A model generated the notes under the pieces. That model saw only the letters and a list, made by a program, of their open reading frames with translations, made no database searches and was not told the DNA's origin. From Eukaryota sp. GEM-RC1 (taxonomy: Eukaryota): a stretch of DNA of 64,000 bases. A program made the position numbers and the translations under genes. Location of the stretch: positions 310,001 through 374,000 of the forward strand of contig JAUFOQ010000003.1 in NCBI GenBank assembly GCA_040285855.1, written 5' to 3'. Shown piece by piece: positions 33,597-45,708 of this stretch. How positions within the stretch are numbered: position 1 is the stretch's first letter; each line of letters starts with the position of its first letter.

Positions 33597-34533
33597 TCGT
33601 CGAGGTCCCAATACAAGCAACCTTAAATACTATACAAGCATACCCCTTACTATGCTTGTATTGGAACCTGCTTGTATTAGGGTCCCTTAAAACTCACTTG
33701 TGACTGTACAACTATTGATCACGATAAGTGGACTAACATGGAATTTCAAACCACTTTCTGTCATTCAATATCCTAGTCCATCTAGATCGTCTAATTCTAA
33801 ACAAAAGGTGAACAAAAGTATGTCTCCGTTATCAATTTCTTGATCATTCAAGCGTCTTTATAAAACGCATCTGGTATTGTGCTGCCAATTGACATTATTT
33901 CCATCTTTTTTTTGATCTCTTAATACTTCTTCGGCAACAAACTTGTTTCTCAGGAATTCTTATTACTTCTGCAATTATTCACCATAGTCAACTCTGTAAT
34001 CATTCACATGAATCTTGTTAATAAATTGTGTGAAACCATCAAAGAGATTTGATTTCTGAGGATGTCCTCCGCACGATTGGTTTGTAAAGTCATTGTTTCT
34101 TCAAAAACGACTGTATTCGACAAAATACCAGATGTACTAGTGTAACATATTGAGTCAAGAGCAGAAAACAACAAAGAGTAACAAAGTTCGTTCAACAATA
34201 GTTTTATAGACGAACATATATAAAGACGAATGTATAATATTTTGGTCACGTGTTTGTTAATAAATACATGTACAATGTACAACAAGTTATCTGACACGAA
34301 GTGACATATGTAATTGACCCGAACGAATTGTGTAAAACGATACGAGTTGGCTGAAGTACCAGTACCTATACCGGTAGGTGAAATCAATGAAAAATTCCAA
34401 CGGTAGCCCACTGATGTTTTATATCAATGTTCTGAGCTTTTTGAAGAAACATTAAAGTTTATTTTGTGAAATAATACAAGCATACCCTCTACTATGCTTG
34501 TATTGGAACCTGCTTGTATTAGGACCTCGACGA
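33597..34533. mobile_element. Non-autonomous TA-flanked (Tc1/mariner-type) element
   Basis: 23-bp TIR tcgtcgaggtcc(c/t)aatacaagca flanked by TA on both sides. A ~48-bp hairpin-containing block (atacaagcata...tatgcttgtat...) is repeated directly at both ends. Confidence 0.85.
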
Positions 34534-34679
34534 TACAGACTTACACTAAAATGATGTTAAACTATAGCAATAAAAATTCAACAATAAACTTAAATATATT
34601 TTACAATTGTTCAACAAAATTTAGAAACTTCATAATATTCCAGCATGCTAATTTTTTAAAATTGTTCCAATTTAAACCT

Positions 34680-35711
34680 TTACTTGAAGCCTCTCCAATT
34701 GCATTTGAGACACAGGGTATGTTTTGGACCTAAATTTAAATCTAATGATAATGAAATGAGATCAGATCGAGAAATATTGGAATAATTTTTAAATTTGTGG
34801 TCGACAATTTCACAGAATTCCTCAAAATCATAACCCAAACAGGTATCACCAGAATAAACAATTTCATCAATCTGGGACATTCGAAGTAGACAATCGGCTA
34901 TACGTGACTTCACGTCATCAAAAATGATTGATTGATACCCTTCACAATCAAGATGATTGAAATCCAACTGACTAACAGCCACAATCAACTGCTTTCTAGA
35001 AATTGGAACATCCATAGACTCCAGTGCTGACAACAATTCCTCAAAGGTACATGGAGCAGGAAGGGAAAGGGAAGACAGAGACTGATGGAGAAGAGAAGTA
35101 GACGGAGGAGGTGGAAGGGCATTGAAGTGATAAGCCTTAGCTAAGGAAGAAAAGAGGGTGGACGCTATGGTAGTAGCATCGGTGGTATTGGCAAAAAGAG
35201 CTTGGAGGAAAGTTTGTTCACGAGTAGAGAAACCAAATGTAGACGAACGGAAGAAGCTTTGAAGAGAACAGAAGTCTAAAGGAGCAGGGAGGTGTTGGAG
35301 GAGATAAGCATCAAGTTCATCTTCAGTGTAGCCATGAAGGGACTTAGGGAGGGTAGAATATTGGGGAGGACAGTTCAGAACGGATTGAAGTTCTTGTGCA
35401 AGGAAATTCAGGTTGACTGTGTGAGTTTGATCATTGTCTACAAACAGATGACTGAAGAAATGATATCGTTGGTAGTCTGGTAGTGAGAGGGAGTTTATAG
35501 TGCTAACCACAGAAAAGATTGTTTCGTTAGCATCAGGAGATCGTACGAGTTCAATGAGTTCAATGGGGGTGTAGTCACAAGCTGGATTTAGTCCCTTCTT
35601 TTTTAAGAAGTATTCAGCTCCAAAGTCAAATATGTTATCAGGTTGTGAGCGAAGTACTTCACGAGTGAAAGCCCGTAGTACCCGAGGAAACTCAGAAGGA
35701 ATTGAAGTCAT
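34680..35711 (-). CDS. RIIa dimerization/docking-domain protein (Sp17/ropporin/radial-spoke-like)
   Basis: N-terminal IPSEFPRVLRAFTREVLRSQPDNIFDFGAEYF is the RIIa D/D signature. Confidence 0.8.
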   Translation of the reverse strand: MTSIPSEFPRVLRAFTREVLRSQPDNIFDFGAEYFLKKKGLNPACDYTPIELIELVRSPDANETIFSVVSTINSLSLPDYQRYHFFSHLFVDNDQTHTVNLNFLAQELQSVLNCPPQYSTLPKSLHGYTEDELDAYLLQHLPAPLDFCSLQSFFRSSTFGFSTREQTFLQALFANTTDATTIASTLFSSLAKAYHFNALPPPPSTSLLHQSLSSLSLPAPCTFEELLSALESMDVPISRKQLIVAVSQLDFNHLDCEGYQSIIFDDVKSRIADCLLRMSQIDEIVYSGDTCLGYDFEEFCEIVDHKFKNYSNISRSDLISLSLDLNLGPKHTLCLKCNWRGFK

Positions 35712-35799
35712 GTATAGTGAATTGGTAATTCTGCTAGTGTGAATCTGCAGATTCAATAATGCTACAGATTCACTGTAAAAAAAATGGCTATGACTATGA

Positions 35800-38737
35800 C
35801 TATGACAATGACAATGACAAATAACTGGGGCTAACTCCTAGACCCCGCTCCAAATGATGCTCCACAATGGTCTTGATGTTGATACATGCGAACTTGTTAC
35901 GATTCCAAACCTTGGCGCTACCATGACATTCTTCCCTACATTCTTGGGACTTGCATCTCAACAAAGCGTGACACTTTACCAGAGGTTTCTTCTCTCTTTT
36001 CCATGGTTTTGGATTACTGATTTCTTTGAACACTTTAACTGGCTTCCAACAAGTAGGACACTTTGAAGACGTGTAACTTTCGTCTACAAGAAGTATGTTA
36101 TAACCATTTCTCTTAAAGAAGTTTCTCCAACCCACACCTCTACTTGATCGGAGGTGTTTTAGGTTCTGCCTCTTATTACCATTGTCACCAAACATCAATA
36201 TACAGTCATTTTTTTCCATCCTTTTCAGTCATTTTTTTCAACAATTTACTTTCTGTTTTTTGAATATGGACGTATCTTTGCATTTTTTGAATGCGCCATA
36301 TCATCAAACAATAGTAATCAATTGTTGATCCAATAACTGTAAGTTTGGAACCCACATAGTCATAGAACGTGTCATAAAGATTTCGAATTTTCTTTGGATA
36401 GTGTTGACTCTTCTTGTTCAACTGTCTTTCCATCTTGGAGAATGAATTCTTTTTTCTTTCCCCTTCTAAACTTTTGATGAACCCTTGACCATCTGGACCA
36501 TTCTGTCTCTGTCAATCTTAGCCACTCATATTGATTGTCTCTTCTTTCTCGGGCTTTTTGTTCAGGAAATGGCCTATTTACTTTCTCTGAACAAAAATAG
36601 AGTAAATCTGTTTTTCCAGGATCAATAAACACTTTTGTTTTCAATGAAAACTCTTCAATATCATAGTCTTGAACATATTCTTCTTTACTGGAGAACTTTG
36701 CACTGTCTGGTTTTAAGGACATTCCAACACAGTCCTCTCTGGTAAGTTCAACACAAGCAGAGAAACCATCAGTTTTAATGGTATTGTTAAACTTATAGCC
36801 TTTCTTTTGAAATGGACGATTAAAATGGAAAAAGTGAGACCAGAATTGATTTTTGTTCAGCAGGAGACATTTTTAAATTTCAGTTTGTGTATTCCAATTA
36901 GACATTTTCTTCTTGACATTCACTTGTTGTGTTGACAAAGTGGAACGTCATATTCCCCAAAAGACCTTGTGTATCTATTTCAAAGAAACCTGGTGTGACG
37001 TGACGAACAATCGGAATTACATTGTAAGCACTTGCTCCTTCCCTTTCATGATATTTATTTATTTGAATAGCAGATTTAATAAAGGGTTGAGGATGTTCAC
37101 GAATTGATTTTAGTAGATATTTAACGACTTTCTTTTTATAAACACCATTAGCATTTTGAATATCAATTGATGGTGGGAATAGAACATCAATAAAATATCT
37201 ATCTCTAAACAATCCTTCAACATAGTCGTTAGTTGCCCACAAAAGTTTAATTTTACCTGCAATGTTCAAACTTCTATTGTTGTCGTCTTGAAGAATTTCT
37301 GTATTACATCTTTGAATGAATTGTTTTGCTTCTGCAGGGGTTTTTGGAATGTCATTTCTGTTACCTTCAAGAAAGAAATTTTTAACTTGTCTAAGTCTCC
37401 AACGGAAAACAGACTGTTCTTTTTTTGACATTTTTTCTCCTTGATCTGTCTTTTGAAAATAAACATTAATAAATTTGTCAATGTATTGAGGATATCGCAT
37501 TTTAATGTTTGTGTCCAAATTCGATTTAATAGTTTCACCAACCATTTTCATAAGTCGTGAGGAATGAGCAGCTGGAAAGAGTGGGATTCCTCCATTGTTG
37601 AGCATAACTTGTTTGTATTCTTCTAAAACAAAGTTTTTCAAGTGTTCATTAAATGCAGTAGCTGGTCGTTGATTACATTATTTAATCTCATGATGTTCAG
37701 CAGAGATGTATCTTAACAGAGTTTGAATATGTTCGACTTCCTTCCTTGTAATTAAAGGTAATTTTGCACCATTCTTATCCATGTGTAATGAAAACAGCTT
37801 CAAACAAAAGGAAGTGCACATTCTAAGTTTGTGAACCAATTGAGCATAATGATCGAGTAATAACGTTAATCGAAAATGTTTGACAATAGACTTTAGTGTA
37901 GTTTTATGTGTAACAAAAGTTGGACGAACGATTATTTGGTTGAAACAATAAAAACAACTTCAATGCTATTACACTATCTTTGGAAGCAATAGTTTAGAAC
38001 TTCTTGAGGTCTTTCAACAACACAATCAATAGGCAATAAGTGGTGAAATTCGTCATAAAAACGTCCTTTAGATTCGTTTAATAAAAACCAACTTAATGAT
38101 CTTAATGACTTTGAATATTTTGAAACAATAAATTGCTTAGCATAAACGTATGAATCACAGAAAATTCTACCAGCCCATTCAGAACAAACATTGTGTCATA
38201 GAGGTGATAAATGAGATTTAGTTTTTCATCTAGCATTGGTTCTGGAAAGTCGACTCCACGTGTAACAATCCTTTTGCCTAAAACAACATTATCGAAGTCA
38301 GTTATGTTAAATCCAGTTAAAACTGAGGGATTTTTATCATTGAAATAGTTTACAAAAAACTATAGTAACTGTTTTTGTTTGTCTTCAAAAAAATCGAAGG
38401 AGGCAGTTCAACATCAGATTCACGAGTCAACTCATAAGTTGCAGCAAAATTGTCATGAAGGTAAAATTGGTCTATTATAAAATGACCAAACACTCCAGAA
38501 ATCATAAAAACTTGTTGTTTTTCAATCCACACTTCTCTTTCTGCAATCACTTTTCATTTTGAGAGATCCATTCTCGTTCTTTCTTTGATCATCCAACTCC
38601 TCTGTAAAGGTCTCTGCAGGGATTTGATCAATTTCTCTAGTTTCAATATCAAAAGACAATATTGAACAATGATTAGTGTTCTTTGGTATTTGGGAATGTT
38701 TGAGAAACTTAACCATTGGTTTTTTAGGAGGTTTCAA
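35800..38737 (-). pseudogene. Second, divergent PolB-type DEDDy exonuclease - Fanzor1 fusion (frameshifted; RuvC-III Asp appears to be Asn)
   Basis: ILSFDIET (ExoI, ~38645); PSVLTGFNITDFD (ExoII, ~38300); NYC/KDSVIALKLF across a 1-nt shift (ExoIII, ~37985); HKTTLKSIV; IKTDGFSA; VFIDPGKTDL; MFGDNG; VDESYTSSKCPTC; HALLRC....C..VWNRNKFACINI. Confidence 0.85.
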
Positions 38738-39045
38738 ATTTTTGTCGCTTTCGCATATGTTACTCTTTTCTGCAATGTACTGTCCAAAAAAAAGTCAATG
38801 ACAGAATCATGAAGCAGTACATTGGGTTTTAGTGTGTCAATTTGATCAGATCTTAGTATAAGATGTCTAGGACGAGATTGTGTTAGAATTCCACGATGTT
38901 GATGTTGTAAAATTTGGGATTTTTGAGAAAATTTTTTTAACTACTGTATAGCATAGCATTGACGATAATGATTGTTCTGAGCTAAACGAGTTTTTTGATG
39001 TGTGTAATAGATTCACCGTTCAACTATGGCGCTTTGGATAAGAAA

Positions 39046-40380
39046 TTAATAATGATCATCGGAAAATGTGATCTTCATAACCAAGGAAAACATGTTTAAA
39101 AAAGACATTCTATTATTGTGTAGTGATTTTAATGACTGTTGTGTTTGACTGTTGATTGGATTGTTATATAGAGAGATCTCAGAAACAGAGGAATTCACCT
39201 TTAAAGCATCAGCAATTGCAATAGCGCCATCATTACCAATTAAGTTGTTATATAGAGAGATCTCAGAAACAGAGCAATTCACCTTTAAAGCATCAGCAAT
39301 TGCAATAGCGCCATCATTAGCAATTAAGTTGTTATATAGAGAGATCTCAGAAACAGAGGAATTCACCTTTAAAGCATCAGCAATTGCAATAGCGCCATCA
39401 TTAGCAATTAAGTTATTACATAGAGAGATCTCAGAAACATTGGAATTCACCTTTAAAGCATCAGCAATTGCAATAGCGCCATCAGAACCAATTGAGTTGT
39501 CATGCAGATAGATCCTAGAAACAGACGAATTCACCTTTAAAGCATCAGCAATTGCAATAGCGCCATCAGAACCAAATGAGTTGTTATCTAGATCGATCTG
39601 AGAAACAGACGAATTCACCTTTAAAGCATCAGCAATTGCAGTAGCGCCAACAGGACCAATTGAGTTGTTACGTAGATCGATCCAAGAAAGAGACGAATTC
39701 ACCTTTAAAGCTTCAGCAATTGCGATAGCGCCTTCATTACCAATTGAGTTGTATCCTAGTCCAATGCTAGAAACAGAAGAATTCACCTTTAAAGCTTTAG
39801 CAATTGCGATTGCGCCTTCATTACCAATTAAGTTGTTATCTAGATCGACCCTAGAAACAGAAGAATTCACCTTTAAAGCTTTAGCAATTGCGATAGCGCC
39901 TTCAGGACCAATTGAGTTGTTATGTACATTGATCTGAGAAACAGAAGAATTCACCCTCAAAGCTTTAGCAATTGCAATAGCGCCTTCATTACCAATTGAA
40001 TTGTAGTCTAGATCGATCCCAGAAACATCATTTCCTATCATCTGATCATAATAATTCTTCAACTCAGAGCTAAGCTTGCTCCAATCAATAACTAGTTTCT
40101 TATCTTCAACTTGTTGTACATGACATACACTTTCAATAGACTTGTTTGGCGAAGCAGTGTCATTAGACTCACACTGGCCAGCAACGAAAGCTTCAACAGC
40201 TTCTTTCATCTTGTAGTTGGAACACAGTCTTGACTTGTCCACTTCTGCTGGACAGATCGGACACCCGTCATGAGAAACAAGCCACTGCTGTAAATGCGAC
40301 ATACAAAAGGTGTGACCACAACAAGTAACTACCGGATTCTTGAGAATTTCATGACAAACATCGCAGAGATATGGAGACAT
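39046..40380 (-). CDS. RING finger + RI/NLRC3-like LRR protein
   Basis: CDVC..ILKNPVVTCCGHTFCMSH..W...CPIC RING, then about 11 near-identical 28-aa repeats (84-bp DNA periodicity). Confidence 0.9.
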   Translation of the reverse strand: MSPYLCDVCHEILKNPVVTCCGHTFCMSHLQQWLVSHDGCPICPAEVDKSRLCSNYKMKEAVEAFVAGQCESNDTASPNKSIESVCHVQQVEDKKLVIDWSKLSSELKNYYDQMIGNDVSGIDLDYNSIGNEGAIAIAKALRVNSSVSQINVHNNSIGPEGAIAIAKALKVNSSVSRVDLDNNLIGNEGAIAIAKALKVNSSVSSIGLGYNSIGNEGAIAIAEALKVNSSLSWIDLRNNSIGPVGATAIADALKVNSSVSQIDLDNNSFGSDGAIAIADALKVNSSVSRIYLHDNSIGSDGAIAIADALKVNSNVSEISLCNNLIANDGAIAIADALKVNSSVSEISLYNNLIANDGAIAIADALKVNCSVSEISLYNNLIGNDGAIAIADALKVNSSVSEISLYNNPINSQTQQSLKSLHNNRMSFLNMFSLVMKITFSDDHY

Positions 40381-41182
40381 ATGAAGAAGAAAATTTTAGG
40401 AATCTTCTGTAATGTTATACGTGTGCAAAATTTTGTTATCTGTGGGCACTTGTTATACATGTGCACTTTTTGTTATCTGTGTGCATCTGGTTTTTCTGTG
40501 ATGTCTTCCAATCATGAATCTTTTGCTACCATCTCACCAACCCATCTTGGTTCGTATTCATCTTCTGAAAAAATAGTCCATGCACTTCAACAGTGGGCTA
40601 AGTCTCTGTGTTTTACTGTCAATAAAACTGGTTTCAAAGAGTCGTTTGGCCATGGTTATCTTGTTTATTAATAAGAAGCTGAAAGAAACAGTTCTTCCAC
40701 AAGGAGAATGCAGATGTACAAAAGACTAATGACTCGGACTCATAGAAAGAACATAGAGCCTGTTCAATATAAAAACCATTTGCAACTGTTTCGAATAATT
40801 GCTTATCACAGAATGGACATTACATCTGTTGAAGAACATATTTTGAATGAAATCAGCAACGAAAATCTTACTAGTTAATTATTTGATTGAATAAACGGAA
40901 GCACAGACCCTCAATCCTCCTGAATCAGAATACTAATATTAAAGAAAAATACTTCTTTTCTGTAACCGATAGGAACTCCTCTCAAAAAGCTATAGTACAA
41001 CTAACTAACCAACCAGACAGCAGAAAGAATCATAGAACAACAGGGAACTCAAAATGAGTAAGCAAAAACGAAATTTCATTAAAGAAACTACCATGAGACA
41101 AGTTAACAACAACAAAGTCATTTCAGTTATCAGAGCCCTACCAATGACGTCATCAGAAAAACACAAAATATTTTAAAATTGA

Positions 41183-43657
41183 TCAACTCCCAATGCTTCC
41201 GACATCCACCACATAAGCCATAAATGTACAAGAAGAACAATCTCTAACAAACACTCGATCAATGGTCCGTTCATCTCCATCTAAGTACAAAACAAGAGAA
41301 TCATTATTACGAGGTAGACACTCGGAAAAGTTCAGATCATTTTGGTCAAAGGTTTGCATTAAATGGGGCTTTTCAGTAACAACAACACAGATTAAGAAGC
41401 GTTCCTTACCCAAAAACATTGGTGGAGCGATAGAGAACACGTGATGAGTGTCTGGGATACCGTCATCAATCCAATGATTGATTTCTGATGAAGGGATCAA
41501 GGGGAAACCAATGAAACGTTTGGCATCAGACTTTAATTGTATATATCGGTATTGCTTAAAGTCAAATAGCTTGAAACATCGATACAACTCAACATCGAAC
41601 AATTTTAAATAATTAGAAACTTCTAAATACTCATTATTTGAATTTGACAATTCCCTAATATTAAACTCATCACTTGAAGGGAAAAGTGGATCTAAAGACA
41701 AAAAGGCACAATTGATTATAGAAAGAGTCAACGCAGAAAGGGAATGTGCTGAATCACTCTCATCATAAGAGGAAACAAAGGGCTCAATCATGGGACACGA
41801 GAAACTCGACTCTTTTTGACCAAAACGTTTCTGAGAGGGTAGCAAGTCCCATGATTCTACGCTCTGAAGGCGATCTAAACCACCATGATAAGAATACGGA
41901 GAAACAGAATCAATTGGGGGAACAACTGGTAGCTGTACTTGGAACTTCCTACCTTCCTTATCATAGGGCTCATCACGATGATTGAGAATTGATTTGGCTG
42001 TGCTGACTCTGTGATTAAATGATGACGTCATGGGAGGAGAAGTCTGGCGAATTCTTTCAAAAACTTTGCTACCAGCTGATTGCAGATTAAATGGGTCAGA
42101 TGATGGTGAATCTTGTTTGACTTTTGAAGAAAGTCCATTGACAGCAACATCAAAAGAGTCAGCATTAACTTGAGGAGTTTGAATCCTACCATTACCTAGA
42201 ATTCCTGTGGGAGACACAGAGTTGACATTAACTGAGTCTACGGAATATCCATAGAGATAACGATGATATTCAGTAATGTAATCAACAAAAATAGACCTAA
42301 GGTTGGGGTCAATAATGTGACGTGATAGATCTAGTTGATCTGTAAACGTGATCTCTTTCCTATTTGGGGATAGAAAGTACTGCAGCTTGGATTCAAAATT
42401 ACCCATATGCTTTTGAGGACTTTTTTGCTTCAAATTCTTGTGTTTTCTCTCGTACTTTGACCGAGTTTGCTTAACCTCACGAGATTTTCTTGAGACTCTC
42501 GTTGACTCCTCCTTTACTACCCCTCTTTCACGATAAGCTGGCTCAAATCTGCTCTGTGAAGGGGAAATTCGAACTTCTGAAGGAGAAACTCTATTTAAAA
42601 ATTGATCTCTTAAAAGTAAAATATTTGGCTCGAGACTCGTGTCCATTTTCTTCAACAAATCATTTTTGATTGATCTAGCCCAATCACGAATATCGGGTGT
42701 AATCACCACGTCGTCAAGGGCAGTCAAATGAGGTAAGTAGATGATTAGAATAGCTCTATAGAGTTGAGCTTCTCGGGCTAATTCACTTTTGTCTTTACTT
42801 CTGTAATAGAACATTGAGAATGAATTTTGGTCTAAATTTAATTCACGTAAATATTTTAAATCCAGAACATTATTTAAAACAGAGAAACAATCGGGAAGAC
42901 CACAGCTTTTTACATAGAGTTTCTTTAAATTAGTTGAAATTGCCATGACACTGTTAATACTTTCAAGACCTTCATTTTCAGAAATATTTAAATTTGTCAA
43001 GTTTGGAAATATGCCGCTCTCCGCAATCAACATGTAAACGTCAGATTTTGACCGTTTCCGACTAAACAACGACTGCAGAGCATTTCGGCTCAAATTCAAA
43101 ACAACTAAACTACTTAAACCATTGAGAATCTCGACAGAAGAAATTCGATTCCCAGACAAATTTAAAACTTTTAAATTTACAGATGATAGCTTGTCCTGCT
43201 TTGGATCATGTAAAAGATTATTACAGAGATACAGCTCCTCCAGCACACTGGAAGACTTTAAAAAAAGACAATTAAGATCAGACACGGCGTTTTCATTGAG
43301 AGACAATATTCGTGAAGACGGGAAGCAGTTAAAAACGTCAACTAAAGAGGCTATTCTGTTGTCATTGAGTGACACGTGATCTATACGACAGGGTCTGATG
43401 GGAAGCCCTGTTACTGAGATGAGATTAGAGTTAGCGGAGAAGAAGGATAAATGAGGGAAGAGATCAAGTCCATGAAGAGAGCGTATGGAACAGTTATTGA
43501 TGGAGAGAGACTTGAGATTGAAGTTATGTGAGAAAAGTTGAAGATTGACATTAGATAAGTGGGAATGGTCGAGTGACAAGGTTTCGAGGGGCAATTGAGA
43601 CAAACGGGTCCAATCAGAGGTCTCAATATACTTTTGGACCAGTTCTTGGTTCTCCAT
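41183..43657 (-). CDS. SDS22-like LRR protein with LRR cap and unknown C-terminal domain
   Basis: LxxLxLxxNxI repeats, cap YRAILIIYLPHLTALD; 824-aa intact ORF. Confidence 0.8.
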   Translation of the reverse strand: MENQELVQKYIETSDWTRLSQLPLETLSLDHSHLSNVNLQLFSHNFNLKSLSINNCSIRSLHGLDLFPHLSFFSANSNLISVTGLPIRPCRIDHVSLNDNRIASLVDVFNCFPSSRILSLNENAVSDLNCLFLKSSSVLEELYLCNNLLHDPKQDKLSSVNLKVLNLSGNRISSVEILNGLSSLVVLNLSRNALQSLFSRKRSKSDVYMLIAESGIFPNLTNLNISENEGLESINSVMAISTNLKKLYVKSCGLPDCFSVLNNVLDLKYLRELNLDQNSFSMFYYRSKDKSELAREAQLYRAILIIYLPHLTALDDVVITPDIRDWARSIKNDLLKKMDTSLEPNILLLRDQFLNRVSPSEVRISPSQSRFEPAYRERGVVKEESTRVSRKSREVKQTRSKYERKHKNLKQKSPQKHMGNFESKLQYFLSPNRKEITFTDQLDLSRHIIDPNLRSIFVDYITEYHRYLYGYSVDSVNVNSVSPTGILGNGRIQTPQVNADSFDVAVNGLSSKVKQDSPSSDPFNLQSAGSKVFERIRQTSPPMTSSFNHRVSTAKSILNHRDEPYDKEGRKFQVQLPVVPPIDSVSPYSYHGGLDRLQSVESWDLLPSQKRFGQKESSFSCPMIEPFVSSYDESDSAHSLSALTLSIINCAFLSLDPLFPSSDEFNIRELSNSNNEYLEVSNYLKLFDVELYRCFKLFDFKQYRYIQLKSDAKRFIGFPLIPSSEINHWIDDGIPDTHHVFSIAPPMFLGKERFLICVVVTEKPHLMQTFDQNDLNFSECLPRNNDSLVLYLDGDERTIDRVFVRDCSSCTFMAYVVDVGSIGS

Positions 43658-43852
43658 CTAAATGTTGAGTGGAAATAGCTAAACAAAATTTTTGGCAAGA
43701 ACTTTAGTTAAACGATATTGTAACAAAACTATACTGTAGACGTTTACTTTTTGGACAATCTCTACAGGCTCTGAATACATACCTTATCTGAACGAATTGT
43801 GAAACCAATTTGTGGATGTTCTTTGTTGTGGAATTTTCTTCAATTCTGACAT

Positions 43853-44527
43853 ATGAGCTCCTCAAAGTATGCCGAGATTGGGGATGGTCCTGATACTATT
43901 GATAACACTTCAGTAGATGTAGCTATCCAGTCCAAAGTGTATTTGTTGTTGACGGCACACTTCTCTATCATCACGGGCGTTTCATATCTTCTTCTTCTTG
44001 CTCCCTATGTTATGTTTGCACTTTTGATAGACAATCTCGGTATTTTTTATTTCTTCATCTTTGGTGCCATTGTCTGCATCGGACTCATGTTTTGTCTCGG
44101 CAAACAGTTTCCACACAACTTGATAATCTTTGGGGTCTTCTCTCTGTTTATCGGTTTAATCTTTGGATCAATTTGCGTACTTGCAGAAGCTCGAAGTCCT
44201 TTAGTTGTTCTTCTCGTTCTCGTTGCCTGCTGCTGTGTTCTCAGTGTTGGGTCATTATTCACAGCTGAGCAGCTCCTCGCCACCCTTGTAGTTGCTTTCA
44301 TCACTCTGATTTCTTCCCTAGGTGTTGTGTATGTGCTGAACATCTTCTCCATGGTTGGAATTATTACTTCCCTTGTTATCTTGAGTATTCTGTTGGCATG
44401 GATGGTATGTCGTGTACATTTGGCTATTGAGACTTCAAGTGATAACGATGTAATGTTTTCTTCTATTTCCATTTATTTAGATATCATAATTATTGCTTTG
44501 TGTTGCTTACAATGTTGTGATCGCTAA
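43853..44527 (+). CDS. Bax inhibitor-1/TMBIM family membrane protein
   Basis: About 6-7 TM helices; KVYLLL..., KQFPHNLIIFGVF and C-terminal SISIYLDIIII motifs. Confidence 0.8.
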   Translation: MSSSKYAEIGDGPDTIDNTSVDVAIQSKVYLLLTAHFSIITGVSYLLLLAPYVMFALLIDNLGIFYFFIFGAIVCIGLMFCLGKQFPHNLIIFGVFSLFIGLIFGSICVLAEARSPLVVLLVLVACCCVLSVGSLFTAEQLLATLVVAFITLISSLGVVYVLNIFSMVGIITSLVILSILLAWMVCRVHLAIETSSDNDVMFSSISIYLDIIIIALCCLQCCDR

Positions 44528-45708
44528 TTTTTGATTTTTTAATTTCATACTTTTTTGTAATCGTTTTTCTTATTTTTTGTTGTATACATATTCCAAATTG
44601 TGCTGCTCCTACAGTAGTTCCTATCATTTACGTTGAGAACTACAACAAGTCTCAATTCTAAACACCAATGAACAACTTCGATTTTTCTCTCTGTTAAACA
44701 ACGATAGACCGTATTTTATCATCTATTTATGTTGTAGAATGTATTTGTCATTTTGTTCCTTTAACCGAGCAATTATCAGCAAAACCACAATCTTCATCAA
44801 CACGAACAACAACAAAAGAGATACAAGATGGATGGAAAAAAGGAAACCAGGTTGCATCACTGTTGTTAAGTTAATTATCAGTGTTCAGTTTCTAGTCAGC
44901 TGAATGGCACCATGTGGAGTTGAACTCCGTTTATGATCAATAGATGAATATTTTAAATTTGCTGCAAGCAACCACCAACAGTACGAACTATAACACAGTT
45001 TGATAGACATTGAGATTCAGTCCTCTTTCGGGTCTATGGATTTCACCGATAACAGTGAATCTCTTGTCAAAATTTTGTTAGACAACAACGATTTGTCTCT
45101 TTGGTAATCAAAGTCCTAGAAAATACTTCTCAGTACGTTACAGGGAACATCTGAAACCGTATACTCTCATCTAAATGTACAGTTTGTATCAATTTGTTCC
45201 TTTAACCGAACAGTTTTCAACAACGCTACAGTCTTCATCAACACGAACAACAACAGAATGTATGAAAAAAGGAAACCAGGTTGCATCACTGTTGTTATGT
45301 TAATTATTGGTGTTCAGTTTCTAGTCAACTGAATGGCACTATGTGGAGTTGAACTCCGTTGATGAATATTTTAAATTTGCTGCAAGCAACCTCTGTACTA
45401 CCAACAGTACGAACTATAACACAGTTTGATAGACATTGAGATTCAGACCTCTTTCGGATCTATGAATTTTATTGATAACAGTGAATCTCTTGTCAAAATT
45501 TTGTTAGACAATAACGATTTTTCTCTTTGGTAATCAAAGTCCTAGAAAATACTTCTCAGTATGTAACAGGGGACATCTAAATCCGTATACTGTCATCTAA
45601 ATGTACAGTTTGTGTCAATTTGTTCCTTTAACCGAATAGTGATCAACAACACTACAGTCTTCATCAACACGAACAACAACAAAAGAGATACAAGATGGAT
45701 GAAAAAAA

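Noticed and set aside
10737..39937. Short antisense ORFs over LRR and other genes (e.g. 10737..11045, 39152..39511, 39665..39937)
   Set aside because: Shadow frames of repetitive or real coding sequence on the opposite strand.
40500..40860. Possible MULE/FAR1-type transposase N-terminal remnant (ALQQWAKSLCFTV)
   Set aside because: Too short and broken; no DDE motif or TIRs found.
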